A DNA stretch of 64,000 nucleotides from Candidatus Woesearchaeota archaeon (lineage in GTDB: Archaea > Nanobdellota > Nanobdellia > Woesearchaeales > JAGVYF01), in the NCBI GenBank assembly GCA_041650315.1, contig JBAZLJ010000001.1:141237-205236 (forward strand), given 5' to 3'. The stretch's first letter is position 1. Each line of letters opens with the position of its first letter. A program made the position numbers and the translations under genes. Below, piece by piece: positions 37,364-47,377 of the stretch. The notes under the pieces are model-generated. The model did not search any database. It was given only the letters and a program-made list of their open reading frames with translations, and was not told the origin of the DNA.

Positions 37364-40057
37364 GTGATGGCTGAAGAGAGCAAACTGAAGTCTTTGTTGA
37401 TCACCATAATCAATCTTATAGTAGCACCTTTCAAAGAGAAAAATATGGAGTTTGAGGTGCCTTTAACTGTTGCTCTTATCGCAGATCTCACTCCTTTTTT
37501 TAGTTTTATTTTTGGGATATCATTTTTAAAAGATTTATTCGGGTCTAGTTTCATCGCTTTCTTCCCTGATTATAATCAGATTATGTTTATGACAATATTG
37601 TTTTTTATCGCATGGGGATATTTTGGTGTTACTTATTCAATTTTGTTCTTTTTCAAATTTGTTCCTATTGTGTATATCTTTCCGATATTCACAACAATTA
37701 TCCTGACTAATTACCTCAATTCCATACAAGGCGAGGCATCTGATGCGGCTGGCAAATTCATCGGTATACTTGCTGGGGCGAAGAAGACTTATCCATTCTG
37801 GGCGATTGTTTTCAGAGTCATTGCCGGGATTATGCTTTGTGTGGTTGTTTTAGGCAATATGACAAATTCAGCGAATGTTCTGATGGGCAATTTGCCAGGT
37901 GTAATCGCGCAGCCTCTATATGAAAAAGCATTGCCTGAGTATCAGGCGCAGGTTATTACTTTGAGGCAGATGCTAGATCCTAGAACTGCTTATACTGCCG
38001 CAATTAACAGCATTAAGAAGACTGTTTCTTATCCAGTTACTTCAGTCAAATCGTGGTTCACTACACAAATCAATGTAGCGACTGGCGGATATTACATGGG
38101 TCAGGTCGATAAGTATGCCAATAAAGATCTTGGCGTTTATTTGCGTGAAGTGAAACCAACTGAAAGATGGTTCTATCTAGATGAATCCACTTATCAAGTT
38201 CCAGCTATCCAAATAATGGCGAGCGTTGAGGGTGCGGCGATTGATGTGGATGATTGCGAGCAATACTTGACCGAAGCTGAAACTGATTTTGAAATTAAGA
38301 AAAATCAGCTTACTGCTGAGCAGGAAAAAGCTTATTATGCAAACATATTGTATAAAAATAAAGGAGATTGCGAACTCAATCAAAAAGTCAAATTAGGTTG
38401 CGCAATCAGTAATAAAAGAATAAACGGCACAGTGAATCCTTCTACGATTTCTTTATTCGAAATACAGAATGGTTTTGCGATGCTTGAATGCAATTTTGAT
38501 AAGGCTAAACTTACAAAGCCTAGTTCTGAGCTTGTTGATATCACTGCAAATTTCCCCTTCGTCACAAAATCTTATTTGAAAACTTATTTCATGGATCTGA
38601 AAAGGTTCCGTGATATGAAACTTCAGAAACTTGATCCTTTGACCTATTATAAAATAACAGATACAAAACCTATTGCGGTTTATACCGGCGGTCCTGTTAT
38701 GATTGGGATTGGCATAAATGATGTGCTTCCTTTGACACTTATCACCGATATAGATTCTCCTGAACCAATTAGATCGTACAGCTTGGGTATAACCCTTGAT
38801 AATAAATGGACTGGCAAGATCGCTGAATTGATGGATATTGTAGTTGTGCTTCCACCACAACTTGAATTGAGATGTCCTCCTTATTTCGAAGCGGATCCTA
38901 TTGAAAGCAATAAATATATCTTGACTGATTTCAGCAAGAAGCAAGTAATAGCTGAGAAAGGGTTCAAAGAATCAAAGACCTATAATTGCAGGATACTGCC
39001 TAAAACAATTCTAGCTGCGCGTGAATTATTGAATAATGTTCCGTTAGCCACTAAGTATGTGCAAGTGACTGCATCCTATAAATATGAAATATCTGAGTCG
39101 ACTTCCATTACATTAAGGCAAGGTGATGGTATAAAATCTGATTTGAGTTCGGGTTGTACTGATACTTCTACACCTTGCGGGGATTATGACGGATGTTATT
39201 GCACGGAAGGATGTCCTGCAGGTAATTATTTGTCAGAAGTCAGTCGTGAGTATAATTGCAATGGAAAGTATGTGGCTATTCCTGAAGCTGTTATGACTAC
39301 TACGAGCGGTACTGGGACCGGAACGATTACTTCTGGCGAGAAACCTTATAGCTGGGATGCGGATACTACTGGTTTGAGTCCAGTATCTTCGATCACAGGA
39401 ACGACTGTGCCTAATGAACCTTCCTCTGGATTCAATTCTGCTCATGCTACAGAGTTTGCAGATGGGAGAACTTATGTCACTTCTTATTATACTCCAGTTA
39501 GAAGTGATTTTAGCGTTTGGTCTACTTTCAAACAAACAGCAGATTATAAGGATTATATGTACACAGATAGTAAAGGCAGAGAGTTATTGACTGATGCTTA
39601 CTTCACTAAAATAGGACGTGATAACTCCTTCAGATGGTGCGTAATTTCTCCGAAAGGATTCTATGAAGAAGTGCAATGCCAAGGTGAGGGTGTGGATAAT
39701 CAGAAAAAATTAGCTTATAGCTATGCGACAATCAGGATAGAGGATGAAACTGCTGGAGCTACTCCCTTATCCGGTACTGGTCTTTCCTATACCCCTAGAT
39801 ATACTTTGGCTGGACCAAGCAGCCTTCAAGGCAGAGAAATATACCTTTTCTTTGGCGTAAAGAGTTCTTGGAATGGATGTTATAAAGTTCAAGATACTGG
39901 AAGTGCAATCCAAGGCAATCATCTAGATCTTTTTAGAGGGTTTTCTAAAGAAACACATCCATCCCAATTCCCGAAAGCATATCTCTATCCTGGATGCGTA
40001 GCTGCATATGAAAAATTGAAAGCAGAACAAGCAGCTGCTGCGACGATAACACAATGA
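37364..40057 (+). CDS. Large polytopic membrane protein with Cys-rich extracellular region and C-terminal 3D/RlpA-like double-psi beta-barrel (DPBB) domain
   Basis: 897 aa; 4-5 N-terminal TM helices; CTDTSTPCGDYDGCYCTEGCPAGNY; C-terminal ...GREIYLFFG...NGCYKVQDTGSAIQGNHLDLFRGF (3D-domain DTG..I.G..iDlf signature). Confidence 0.65.
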   Translation: MMAEESKLKSLLITIINLIVAPFKEKNMEFEVPLTVALIADLTPFFSFIFGISFLKDLFGSSFIAFFPDYNQIMFMTILFFIAWGYFGVTYSILFFFKFVPIVYIFPIFTTIILTNYLNSIQGEASDAAGKFIGILAGAKKTYPFWAIVFRVIAGIMLCVVVLGNMTNSANVLMGNLPGVIAQPLYEKALPEYQAQVITLRQMLDPRTAYTAAINSIKKTVSYPVTSVKSWFTTQINVATGGYYMGQVDKYANKDLGVYLREVKPTERWFYLDESTYQVPAIQIMASVEGAAIDVDDCEQYLTEAETDFEIKKNQLTAEQEKAYYANILYKNKGDCELNQKVKLGCAISNKRINGTVNPSTISLFEIQNGFAMLECNFDKAKLTKPSSELVDITANFPFVTKSYLKTYFMDLKRFRDMKLQKLDPLTYYKITDTKPIAVYTGGPVMIGIGINDVLPLTLITDIDSPEPIRSYSLGITLDNKWTGKIAELMDIVVVLPPQLELRCPPYFEADPIESNKYILTDFSKKQVIAEKGFKESKTYNCRILPKTILAARELLNNVPLATKYVQVTASYKYEISESTSITLRQGDGIKSDLSSGCTDTSTPCGDYDGCYCTEGCPAGNYLSEVSREYNCNGKYVAIPEAVMTTTSGTGTGTITSGEKPYSWDADTTGLSPVSSITGTTVPNEPSSGFNSAHATEFADGRTYVTSYYTPVRSDFSVWSTFKQTADYKDYMYTDSKGRELLTDAYFTKIGRDNSFRWCVISPKGFYEEVQCQGEGVDNQKKLAYSYATIRIEDETAGATPLSGTGLSYTPRYTLAGPSSLQGREIYLFFGVKSSWNGCYKVQDTGSAIQGNHLDLFRGFSKETHPSQFPKAYLYPGCVAAYEKLKAEQAAAATITQ

Positions 40058-41031
40058 TCTACAAATATATAGCGATAATCTGTATCTTAATGTTCATATC
40101 TAGCTGTACTTCTACAAATCCTTCGTATATCGATATCAAGAAGATACGTACAGGCACTGACGGAATATCTATGGTGTTCCTTCCTCAGGGAGATATACCT
40201 ATGATGGAAGAAGAGAGCCGTACTGTTTCTGTGCAGTTGAAGAATGACGGCGCGTTCGATGTAGGGCATATGTATTTCCTGCTGGGCACTGAAAGCGATT
40301 ATGTGACTCTCGGAAAGACTTATTTCAACGGAGGAGAGGGTAAACAGGAAGACAAGCAAGGTCAGCTCACGACCTATCTGCCTGAGAATCTGTTCAAAGG
40401 CAAATCTTTGAAAACTGTTGTCGGTGATTATGCTGAATATGATGCGGAACTCACTACGAAAAAGATAACTCTTAGCAAATATCAAGACACTTTATTGAGC
40501 GCTATATTGTGCTATGAATATGGTACTGTAGCAGAAGATGAAGTGTGCATCCAGCCATCTGTTTCGGTGATCGGATTGCAAGCAGCATGCGTACCTAAAG
40601 ATTTGACTTTCTCTAGTCAAGGCGCGCCTCTTGTTGTGAATAAAGTCGAAGTGAAAAGCACATTGACAACTAACAAACAGATAAAGACCTTATTTAAAAT
40701 ATATTTCGAGAATAAAGGCATAGGCGATGTATTGAACTGGAATACCGGCAGATTGGTCTGTTCATCTAAACCTATGGGTGAAGAGAAGATATGGAATTAT
40801 TTCATAATGGCTGCTTTCCTTGGCGATAAGGAGATAGAATGCAGAGTGCCTAAGACTACAGTATTGGGAGATAGTTACTGGTTGGTAAGATTAAAGGGCG
40901 GGAAAGCTGAAGTCGTATGCGAATCGACAAGTCCTAGCGGAGTTGCTTATACAACGCCATTCACAGTCAAAGCATTTTATGATTATACACAGACATTGAC
41001 TAAGAAACTAACTATTGAACGTACTAGTTAG
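40054..41031 (+). CDS. Secreted lipobox-type protein, paralog 1 of 3
   Basis: 325 aa; signal peptide ending ...LMFISSCTST; shares C...FSSQGAPL...K..VK...K.L.KIYF.N.G.GDV with the next two genes. Confidence 0.6.
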   Translation: MIYKYIAIICILMFISSCTSTNPSYIDIKKIRTGTDGISMVFLPQGDIPMMEEESRTVSVQLKNDGAFDVGHMYFLLGTESDYVTLGKTYFNGGEGKQEDKQGQLTTYLPENLFKGKSLKTVVGDYAEYDAELTTKKITLSKYQDTLLSAILCYEYGTVAEDEVCIQPSVSVIGLQAACVPKDLTFSSQGAPLVVNKVEVKSTLTTNKQIKTLFKIYFENKGIGDVLNWNTGRLVCSSKPMGEEKIWNYFIMAAFLGDKEIECRVPKTTVLGDSYWLVRLKGGKAEVVCESTSPSGVAYTTPFTVKAFYDYTQTLTKKLTIERTS

Positions 41032-41089
41032 CAAAATATTTATATACAGCAATTTATATAATATATAGTATCGAAAAAGAGATGATAGC

Positions 41090-42304
41090 ATGAAAGTACC
41101 TAAACTATTGGCAGTATTATCGATTCTTATAGTCATTTTCAGTTCTGGATGCACAAGTTCCACAACACCTAATCTCGATGAAGAGATATATAGGGGCACT
41201 AGAGCATTGACAATGAATTTTTTGCAGGATGTGCCGCCTACTGAGACTTTTGCTAGCACAGGTGATGAGTATGAGATGGCTATCGAATTGAAGAATGAAG
41301 GCACTTATCCAGTATACGGCAAGATTTATTTCTCAGGTTTTGATCCTAACATAATCAGTTTCTCTAAACTAGGAATGGATCAAGGTTATTCTTTCCCATC
41401 ATCAAATTGCGGTTTTAAAGAGATAATTCCAAGATCTAAATTGAATCCTCCTGGCGGAGCTTGCGTTGAAGAATTCAAAGGCAAACTTAATCTTGATTCA
41501 ATCACTGATTCATATTCAGCGAATATTTTCGCTCAGGCAGTCTATAAATATATAACAGATGCTAGCATTGTCATGTGCGTAGATCCTGACGTGTATCACG
41601 TATCACCTGCGCAAAGAGCTTGCACAATGAGCGCGTTCTCATCAGGTTCCGGACAAGGGGCGCCTCTCGGAATTACTAAGATAGAACCGACTGCCATAGG
41701 TGGCGGCCAGATACTTTATAGAATTTATATCCAGAACATGGGCGAAGGAGAAGTTGTCGACTATATGAAAGCGCCTTATGAGCTGAAACCTAGCGATGTA
41801 GGTAAAGTTAGATACAGAATAGGAACGCCTGCGAATACAAGAACGGGTATTACGGTATCTGCTAACGGTGGATCAGTGTTTGTAGGCAATGCAATTGCTG
41901 ATATAACTGGCAGAGCTATCGGATTGTCTTATACTGATTCTAATTTCAGGATAAATTTCAATCCTAAGTCAAACTATGCATATTCTGAGGATGTAATCAG
42001 ATTGAACAACGGCCAAGGAGTAATCACTAAGGTCATCGATTACAGCGGAAATGCTTATGCATTCCAGACTCCTCTGCAGATAACATTGGAATATGGATAT
42101 ATGCATGCGGTCCAGAAGAATATAGAGATAGTCAATATCGATCAATATAATTCTGCATACGGCGCCGGTGGTATCAGATTCGTTTATGATAAGAACGGCA
42201 AGAGAGTAGAATTGAATCCAGACGGCTCTGTGAGATATAGGGATGATGATTTCCAGATAGATCTCCCTTCAGATACATTGGATCTGAATAATCTTTTCAA
42301 ATAA
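41090..42304 (+). CDS. Secreted lipobox-type protein, paralog 2 of 3
   Basis: 404 aa; SP ...VIFSSGCTSS; motif CTMSAFSSGSGQGAPLGITKIE...ILYRIYIQNMGEGEV. Confidence 0.6.
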   Translation: MKVPKLLAVLSILIVIFSSGCTSSTTPNLDEEIYRGTRALTMNFLQDVPPTETFASTGDEYEMAIELKNEGTYPVYGKIYFSGFDPNIISFSKLGMDQGYSFPSSNCGFKEIIPRSKLNPPGGACVEEFKGKLNLDSITDSYSANIFAQAVYKYITDASIVMCVDPDVYHVSPAQRACTMSAFSSGSGQGAPLGITKIEPTAIGGGQILYRIYIQNMGEGEVVDYMKAPYELKPSDVGKVRYRIGTPANTRTGITVSANGGSVFVGNAIADITGRAIGLSYTDSNFRINFNPKSNYAYSEDVIRLNNGQGVITKVIDYSGNAYAFQTPLQITLEYGYMHAVQKNIEIVNIDQYNSAYGAGGIRFVYDKNGKRVELNPDGSVRYRDDDFQIDLPSDTLDLNNLFK

Positions 42305-42316
42305 GGAGGTATCATA

Positions 42317-43285
42317 ATGAATAAAATAATCACATTAATTGTTATTGCGATGATGGTGTGCATGTCAGGATGCACCGGTTCTAAAACGCCTACTAAAGCA
42401 GCAGTCACGCCTTTCATTGGCGGAAGCGATGCTTTGAAAGTAAGCTTTGTCGAAGGAACTCCACCTGCACAAATATATGACTCAGGCAGTTCAGCGTTTG
42501 CTATCGGTCTTAAATTGGATAATGTAGGTGAGCATACTGTATTAGCTACTGATGGTTATGTGGAGATTCTTGGTTTGAATGCGCAAGACTTTGGTCTTGG
42601 TTCACAAGTTGATTTGAAAAAATCTTTTGTCTCTGATATCAGAGGCGCTAAAAAGAATCTTGACGGCACCACACTTGAAGGCGATTCAGTCTATATGGAT
42701 TTCTCGGATATGAAATATCTTCCAGATCTAAAAGGAGATGTTGAATTCAAGTTCCGTGCTAATCTATGTTATGATTATGTGACGCAGACAAGTTCAAAGA
42801 TTTGCTTGAACAAGAATCCTTTAGCAGGTCTTGGAGAAGCAATTTGCAAAGTTTCTGCTGATAAAACAGTCTATAATTCAGGCGGCCCTATTCAAATTGT
42901 GAAAGTCAAGGAAAGCCCTCTAGGCAATAACAAAATTCAATTGCTTTTCGAGATTGGACATAAAGGTTCTGCAAACAATCTGTTCTATAAAATGGGCACT
43001 GCTTGCGATGATGCATTGACAAATACAGACAGATATAAAGTGCTTGTGAAAGTCACATCTGATGTGAATGGTGCAACTGCGCAATGTTCAGGTCTTGAAT
43101 CTGCAGTTAGCGGGTCTGAAGGCTATGTCACATTGTTCGGCGGCAAGAACAGAGCAATTACTTGCGTGCTTGACTTAGCGGCTGTTGATAGTGTCTACGA
43201 GGACTTATTCAATGTCGATCTGTATTACAGATATAATCAATTCCTTGATAAGACAATAGAAATACAGGATACTGGCAGCAGTTAA
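42317..43285 (+). CDS. Secreted lipobox-type protein, paralog 3 of 3
   Basis: 322 aa; SP ...VCMSGCTGS; motif CKVSADKTVYNSGGPIQIVKVKE...IQLLFEIGHKGSANN. Confidence 0.6.
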   Translation: MNKIITLIVIAMMVCMSGCTGSKTPTKAAVTPFIGGSDALKVSFVEGTPPAQIYDSGSSAFAIGLKLDNVGEHTVLATDGYVEILGLNAQDFGLGSQVDLKKSFVSDIRGAKKNLDGTTLEGDSVYMDFSDMKYLPDLKGDVEFKFRANLCYDYVTQTSSKICLNKNPLAGLGEAICKVSADKTVYNSGGPIQIVKVKESPLGNNKIQLLFEIGHKGSANNLFYKMGTACDDALTNTDRYKVLVKVTSDVNGATAQCSGLESAVSGSEGYVTLFGGKNRAITCVLDLAAVDSVYEDLFNVDLYYRYNQFLDKTIEIQDTGSS

Positions 43286-43433
43286 GGCTGCTTTTTTTAT
43301 TTATATTATTTCTTAAATAATAGTTCTAATACAAATAGCTAATATTCCGCCTAAGACCATGCCTACTCCTATCTTGAGAAAGAAGAATTCTATTTGAGCT
43401 TTTTTTGACATAATCTCACCTCTGTAGAGATTT

Positions 43434-43766
43434 CTATTTTTTAGGTTTATATATCTTTTCATTGGTATCTACCTTCTGTTTTAAGAGTTCTATCTTCTTA
43501 TCATGATCATGAAGAATGGATAACACATTCATCTTATCTTCTATTTTATCTAGTCTTTGGAATATTCCTTTAATGTCTATTGTATTCTTCTTTACTTTTT
43601 TGGTCCTATCTTGTAGCCACGAAATTGCCCAACTGATAATCAGCATTAGTCCACATATTATGATCAATCCTATCCAGTATTCGTTCAATTGGAAATATTT
43701 CTCTAAAACTAGTGGAACCAAAGCGCCGATAAGGACTATCAGCAATGTTTCTCCATACTTATTCAT
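43434..43766 (-). CDS. Small membrane protein with coiled-coil tail
   Basis: 110 aa; two TM helices then KIEDKMNVLSILHDHDKKIELLKQK. Confidence 0.4.
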   Translation of the reverse strand: MNKYGETLLIVLIGALVPLVLEKYFQLNEYWIGLIIICGLMLIISWAISWLQDRTKKVKKNTIDIKGIFQRLDKIEDKMNVLSILHDHDKKIELLKQKVDTNEKIYKPKK

Positions 43767-43816
43767 GGTTTTTGAGATTATTTGTTTTATTTAAAAGAAT
43801 TTAGCTAGTATGATTT

Positions 43817-44797
43817 CTATTTTATTTTCAATAACATTACGAAAGCTAACAATGCTTCTAATTGTATATATTCGTCAGAGCCTTCAACTAATCTGAATTC
43901 TACTTCTCCACATTTGTCTATGAGCTCTACTTTCTTTCTGTTGTCTAAGTCTAGGTCCCATACACCAGTTTCAATCTGTTTGATGATGTCTAAACCTGAA
44001 AGTCCGTAGTTCAACATTGTGTCTAATAGTTTTCTTCTTGCGTCTTGAAAGTTTTGTTTTAACGCTAGATCTAAGAATTCTCTAACTTCTTGCGGGCGTG
44101 CTTGTGACGCTAATGAATAAACGAGATCTGCAGTGATGTCCTTATATGCCAAATCTTTTGAAGGTTCAGCTACTGCTAGGCATGATTGCAATATATTGGT
44201 GACTTTCCTTGCGTCTCCGTTGGATGCTAGATACAATGCGTCAAAAGCATCATCCCATATTCTAAATTCTTCTGATTTCGCAATTTTATCAACCATTACT
44301 TTTATATCTTCCTTCGGCAATGGTTTAAATTTGAATACTGCGCATCTGCTTTGGATAGGATCGATTATCTTTGAGCTGTAATTGCAGCTGAGTACGAACC
44401 TGCAAGTCTTTGTGAAGTTCTCCATAGTTCTCCTTAACGCTTGCTGTGCTTCTTTTGTGAGTGCATCACATTCGTCTAAGTAAATGATTTTGAATGGGAC
44501 GTCTCCGATGGCTCTTGTCCTTGCGAAATCTTTGACTTTTATTCTGACAATGTCAATGCCTCTTTCGTCCGATGCATTTAGTTCTAAGAAGTTGGATCTC
44601 CATGATTCGCCGAATAATTGTTTGGCTATGATTAATGATAATGTGGTTTTTCCCACTCCGGCTGGTCCGCTGAATAATAAGTGCGGCATGTTCTTCTGCT
44701 CTACGAATGATTTGATTCTATTCACTACATGCTGCTGGCCCTTCATATCCTCGAAGTTTGATGGCCTGTATTTCTCGGTCCAGATGGTGGATTCCAT
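43817..44797 (-). CDS. rfcS: Replication factor C small subunit
   Basis: 326 aa; WTEKYRP...LLFSGPAGVGKTT, DEAD-like LDECD, SRC motif. Confidence 0.85.
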   Translation of the reverse strand: MESTIWTEKYRPSNFEDMKGQQHVVNRIKSFVEQKNMPHLLFSGPAGVGKTTLSLIIAKQLFGESWRSNFLELNASDERGIDIVRIKVKDFARTRAIGDVPFKIIYLDECDALTKEAQQALRRTMENFTKTCRFVLSCNYSSKIIDPIQSRCAVFKFKPLPKEDIKVMVDKIAKSEEFRIWDDAFDALYLASNGDARKVTNILQSCLAVAEPSKDLAYKDITADLVYSLASQARPQEVREFLDLALKQNFQDARRKLLDTMLNYGLSGLDIIKQIETGVWDLDLDNRKKVELIDKCGEVEFRLVEGSDEYIQLEALLAFVMLLKIK

Positions 44798-44882
44798 GAT
44801 GTTTTGGGATGGGATGATTCTTTATAAAGTTATCTTGACTCATACGTAATGTTTAAAAAAGAAGGTTGTTTTTAGTTTTGTT

Positions 44883-45437
44883 ATGGGATACTTCAATTAC
44901 CAATGCGGGCCATGGGTGCGCTATTTAGGTGGCTCTAAAGAAGAAGTGAAAGATGCCATTGATTTCTGTTTCAAAAACCATTCAGGGATAAAATCGTTAG
45001 GTTTTCCTATGCCTAAAGATGAAGAGATTTCTTTCTTAGACAAGATAGTATTAGAATGCTGGATGCCGTTGTGCGCAAAAGATCAGTATATCAAGATGGA
45101 TATACTTCCTGATTTTTCATTGGATGTTAATGCTAATGTTTATCATTTCTTGCTTAATCAGGTTTCTAAATTAGATATGAAAAAAGAAGGGCCATTGTAT
45201 AGAATGAGGAAAAGCCCTGCAGAATATCTTTGGGTGCCTGAAAGCGTGAAGAACGGATTGCAAACCTATAATTGGGAATTTTATCGCGAGATGGTTGATG
45301 CTTGTCTTGAAGATAGGACTAAACGTCTTTCCGATCTGTCTGAGAATATAGCGACGGATATTATACAGCGCGATGGTAGGTTGATGAAAGTCTTTGCTGT
45401 GCCGCATCCTGAAGCGGGAAAAAAGATTTTGAATTGA
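44883..45437 (+). CDS. Hypothetical protein
   Basis: 184 aa ORF, no recognisable motif. Confidence 0.45.
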   Translation: MGYFNYQCGPWVRYLGGSKEEVKDAIDFCFKNHSGIKSLGFPMPKDEEISFLDKIVLECWMPLCAKDQYIKMDILPDFSLDVNANVYHFLLNQVSKLDMKKEGPLYRMRKSPAEYLWVPESVKNGLQTYNWEFYREMVDACLEDRTKRLSDLSENIATDIIQRDGRLMKVFAVPHPEAGKKILN

Positions 45438-45568
45438 TATTTTTGATTAATCTATATTCTGCAATCACTAAAAATATTTAAATAAGTTCACGCCTATGTT
45501 ATTGGTAATAGAAAGCTTTTTCTGTTACACATTGAAAAAATCACGTAAAAATTTAATGAGGTGTAAAT

Positions 45569-46795
45569 ATGAAAAATGGATATACAATACCTGGCCAGAG
45601 CTGCGGCGCATCTTCTATAGGCGTAACTGCTCCTGTCCTGAAATCCGGAGATAGCATAGAAGATTTCGTAATCGACGCATTGAAACCATTCTACGAGAGC
45701 GGCGCTTTAGGCGATGATGATATCGTATGCGTTACAGAATCGGTAGTTGCGAGATCGCAGCAGAACTATGTCACACTTGATAATATCGCAGAAGATTTTG
45801 CAAGAAAGCTGCAGATATCTGCTGATGATAATGTGGGTATTGTGTTTCCTATCCTTAGCAGGAATAGATATTCCATGATGCTGCATGCATTCGCTAGAGC
45901 TGCGCCTAATTTAACTCTATTATTGGGTTATCCTAGGGATGAGCAGGGCAATCAGTTGATGAGCGAAGAGCAGATCAAGCAATTGGGCAAGAATCCGTAT
46001 ACAGACTTGATTGATATGGCTGAATATGATTCATTGGCTCCAAAATTCCTGCACCCATTCACTCACATGAATTATGTGGATTATTATAGGGAGATAATGG
46101 CTCAAGAAGGAACCAATGGCGCAGTTTATCTAGGGAATGATCCTTTGCAGATAATGAGATTTGCGAATAAGATATTAGTATCTAATATCCCTGGAAGGTT
46201 CTCTGACAAAGAGAAATTGAAAGAAGCTGGCGCTCAGCATGTGATTACTCTTGATGAAGTATGCAATGAGCCTAGCACAGCGCATGGATACAATCCTCAG
46301 TTCGGTTTGCTTGGTTCAAATATATCGAATCCAGCGATTGAACAATTGAAATTGTTCCCGCGTGATGGCGACCTGTATGCTAAAAGGATTCAAGACAGAT
46401 TGCTTGCAGAATACGGCAAAAAGATGCATGTAATCATCTATGGTGACGGCGCATACAAAGATCCAACTTCGCAAGTCTGGGAATTGGCAGATCCTGAAGT
46501 GGCCGCTGGATGCACACCTGAAATCAAAGACAGAGTGCCAAAAGAGCTTAAATTCAAGTATCTTGCAGATAAGTATACTGCACAAGGTATGAGCCATGAA
46601 CAGATTGCTGCGCAGATCAGGCATGATATTGACCATAAGGAAGCGGATCTTGAGAAAAGGTTTGAATCTCAGGGAACAACTCCAAGGTATGTCCGTAATC
46701 TGATTGGCAGTTTGGCTGACTTGACTTCGGGTTCTGGAGATAGGGGAACACCTATTGTCTTAGTCAAGAACTATTTCACAAATTGGACTAGCTAA
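45569..46795 (+). CDS. CofE-like (F420-0:gamma-glutamyl ligase family) protein, long form
   Basis: 408 aa; KSGDSIEDFVIDALKP...DDDIVCVTESVVARSQ, KKMHVIIYGDGAYKD, GDRGTPIVLVKNY parallel the CofE conserved blocks. Confidence 0.4.
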   Translation: MKNGYTIPGQSCGASSIGVTAPVLKSGDSIEDFVIDALKPFYESGALGDDDIVCVTESVVARSQQNYVTLDNIAEDFARKLQISADDNVGIVFPILSRNRYSMMLHAFARAAPNLTLLLGYPRDEQGNQLMSEEQIKQLGKNPYTDLIDMAEYDSLAPKFLHPFTHMNYVDYYREIMAQEGTNGAVYLGNDPLQIMRFANKILVSNIPGRFSDKEKLKEAGAQHVITLDEVCNEPSTAHGYNPQFGLLGSNISNPAIEQLKLFPRDGDLYAKRIQDRLLAEYGKKMHVIIYGDGAYKDPTSQVWELADPEVAAGCTPEIKDRVPKELKFKYLADKYTAQGMSHEQIAAQIRHDIDHKEADLEKRFESQGTTPRYVRNLIGSLADLTSGSGDRGTPIVLVKNYFTNWTS

Positions 46796-46864
46796 GTCCA
46801 TTTTTTATTTTTCTTTTTAATTATTTTTGTTAAATTCTAAGAAAATAGAAATAATAAGAAGACC

Positions 46865-47125
46865 TTAAATTATGTCTTCTTCTGCAATGACTAAGAAATC
46901 TCCTGAAGCGATTACTGCGCTATAAGGTATTAGTATTTTACCTTCTTTGCTTTTTTCCAGTTCAAGCTTCTCGGTGTATGAAGTTGGGTTTGCTAATTCA
47001 ATGTGAATCAGTTCACCAGATTTAGTCTCGAAAATTATGTCGCCGACTTCGCCGAATCTTTTGCCGGTCTTGCTAACTACTGTTTTACCCATTAGGTTTC
47101 TTGCGAAAGTTTTATCGTCAGCCAT
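46865..47125 (-). CDS. PRC-barrel domain protein
   Basis: 86 aa; LMGKTVVSKTGKRFGEVGDIIFETKSGELIHIEL...IPYSAVIASGDFLVI. Confidence 0.7.
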   Translation of the reverse strand: MADDKTFARNLMGKTVVSKTGKRFGEVGDIIFETKSGELIHIELANPTSYTEKLELEKSKEGKILIPYSAVIASGDFLVIAEEDII

Positions 47126-47377
47126 CTTATCCCCTCACTATATATTATAATATTATAATTATGACTATACTCTATTAATCCTGTTTCTATTTAAACTTTT
47201 TGGTAGTGATTTATCTATAAAACTATAGCTATTTTAAGGATTTGTCCAGAATACTCACTATCGTTCGGTCAATGCGGCTTCACATCTACTACTTTTTATT
47301 GATTTCAAGATAAATCTTGTATTTAAATGTAGAATAAGTATGTTCAGTATAGACATTGACACTATTCTGGATAAACC

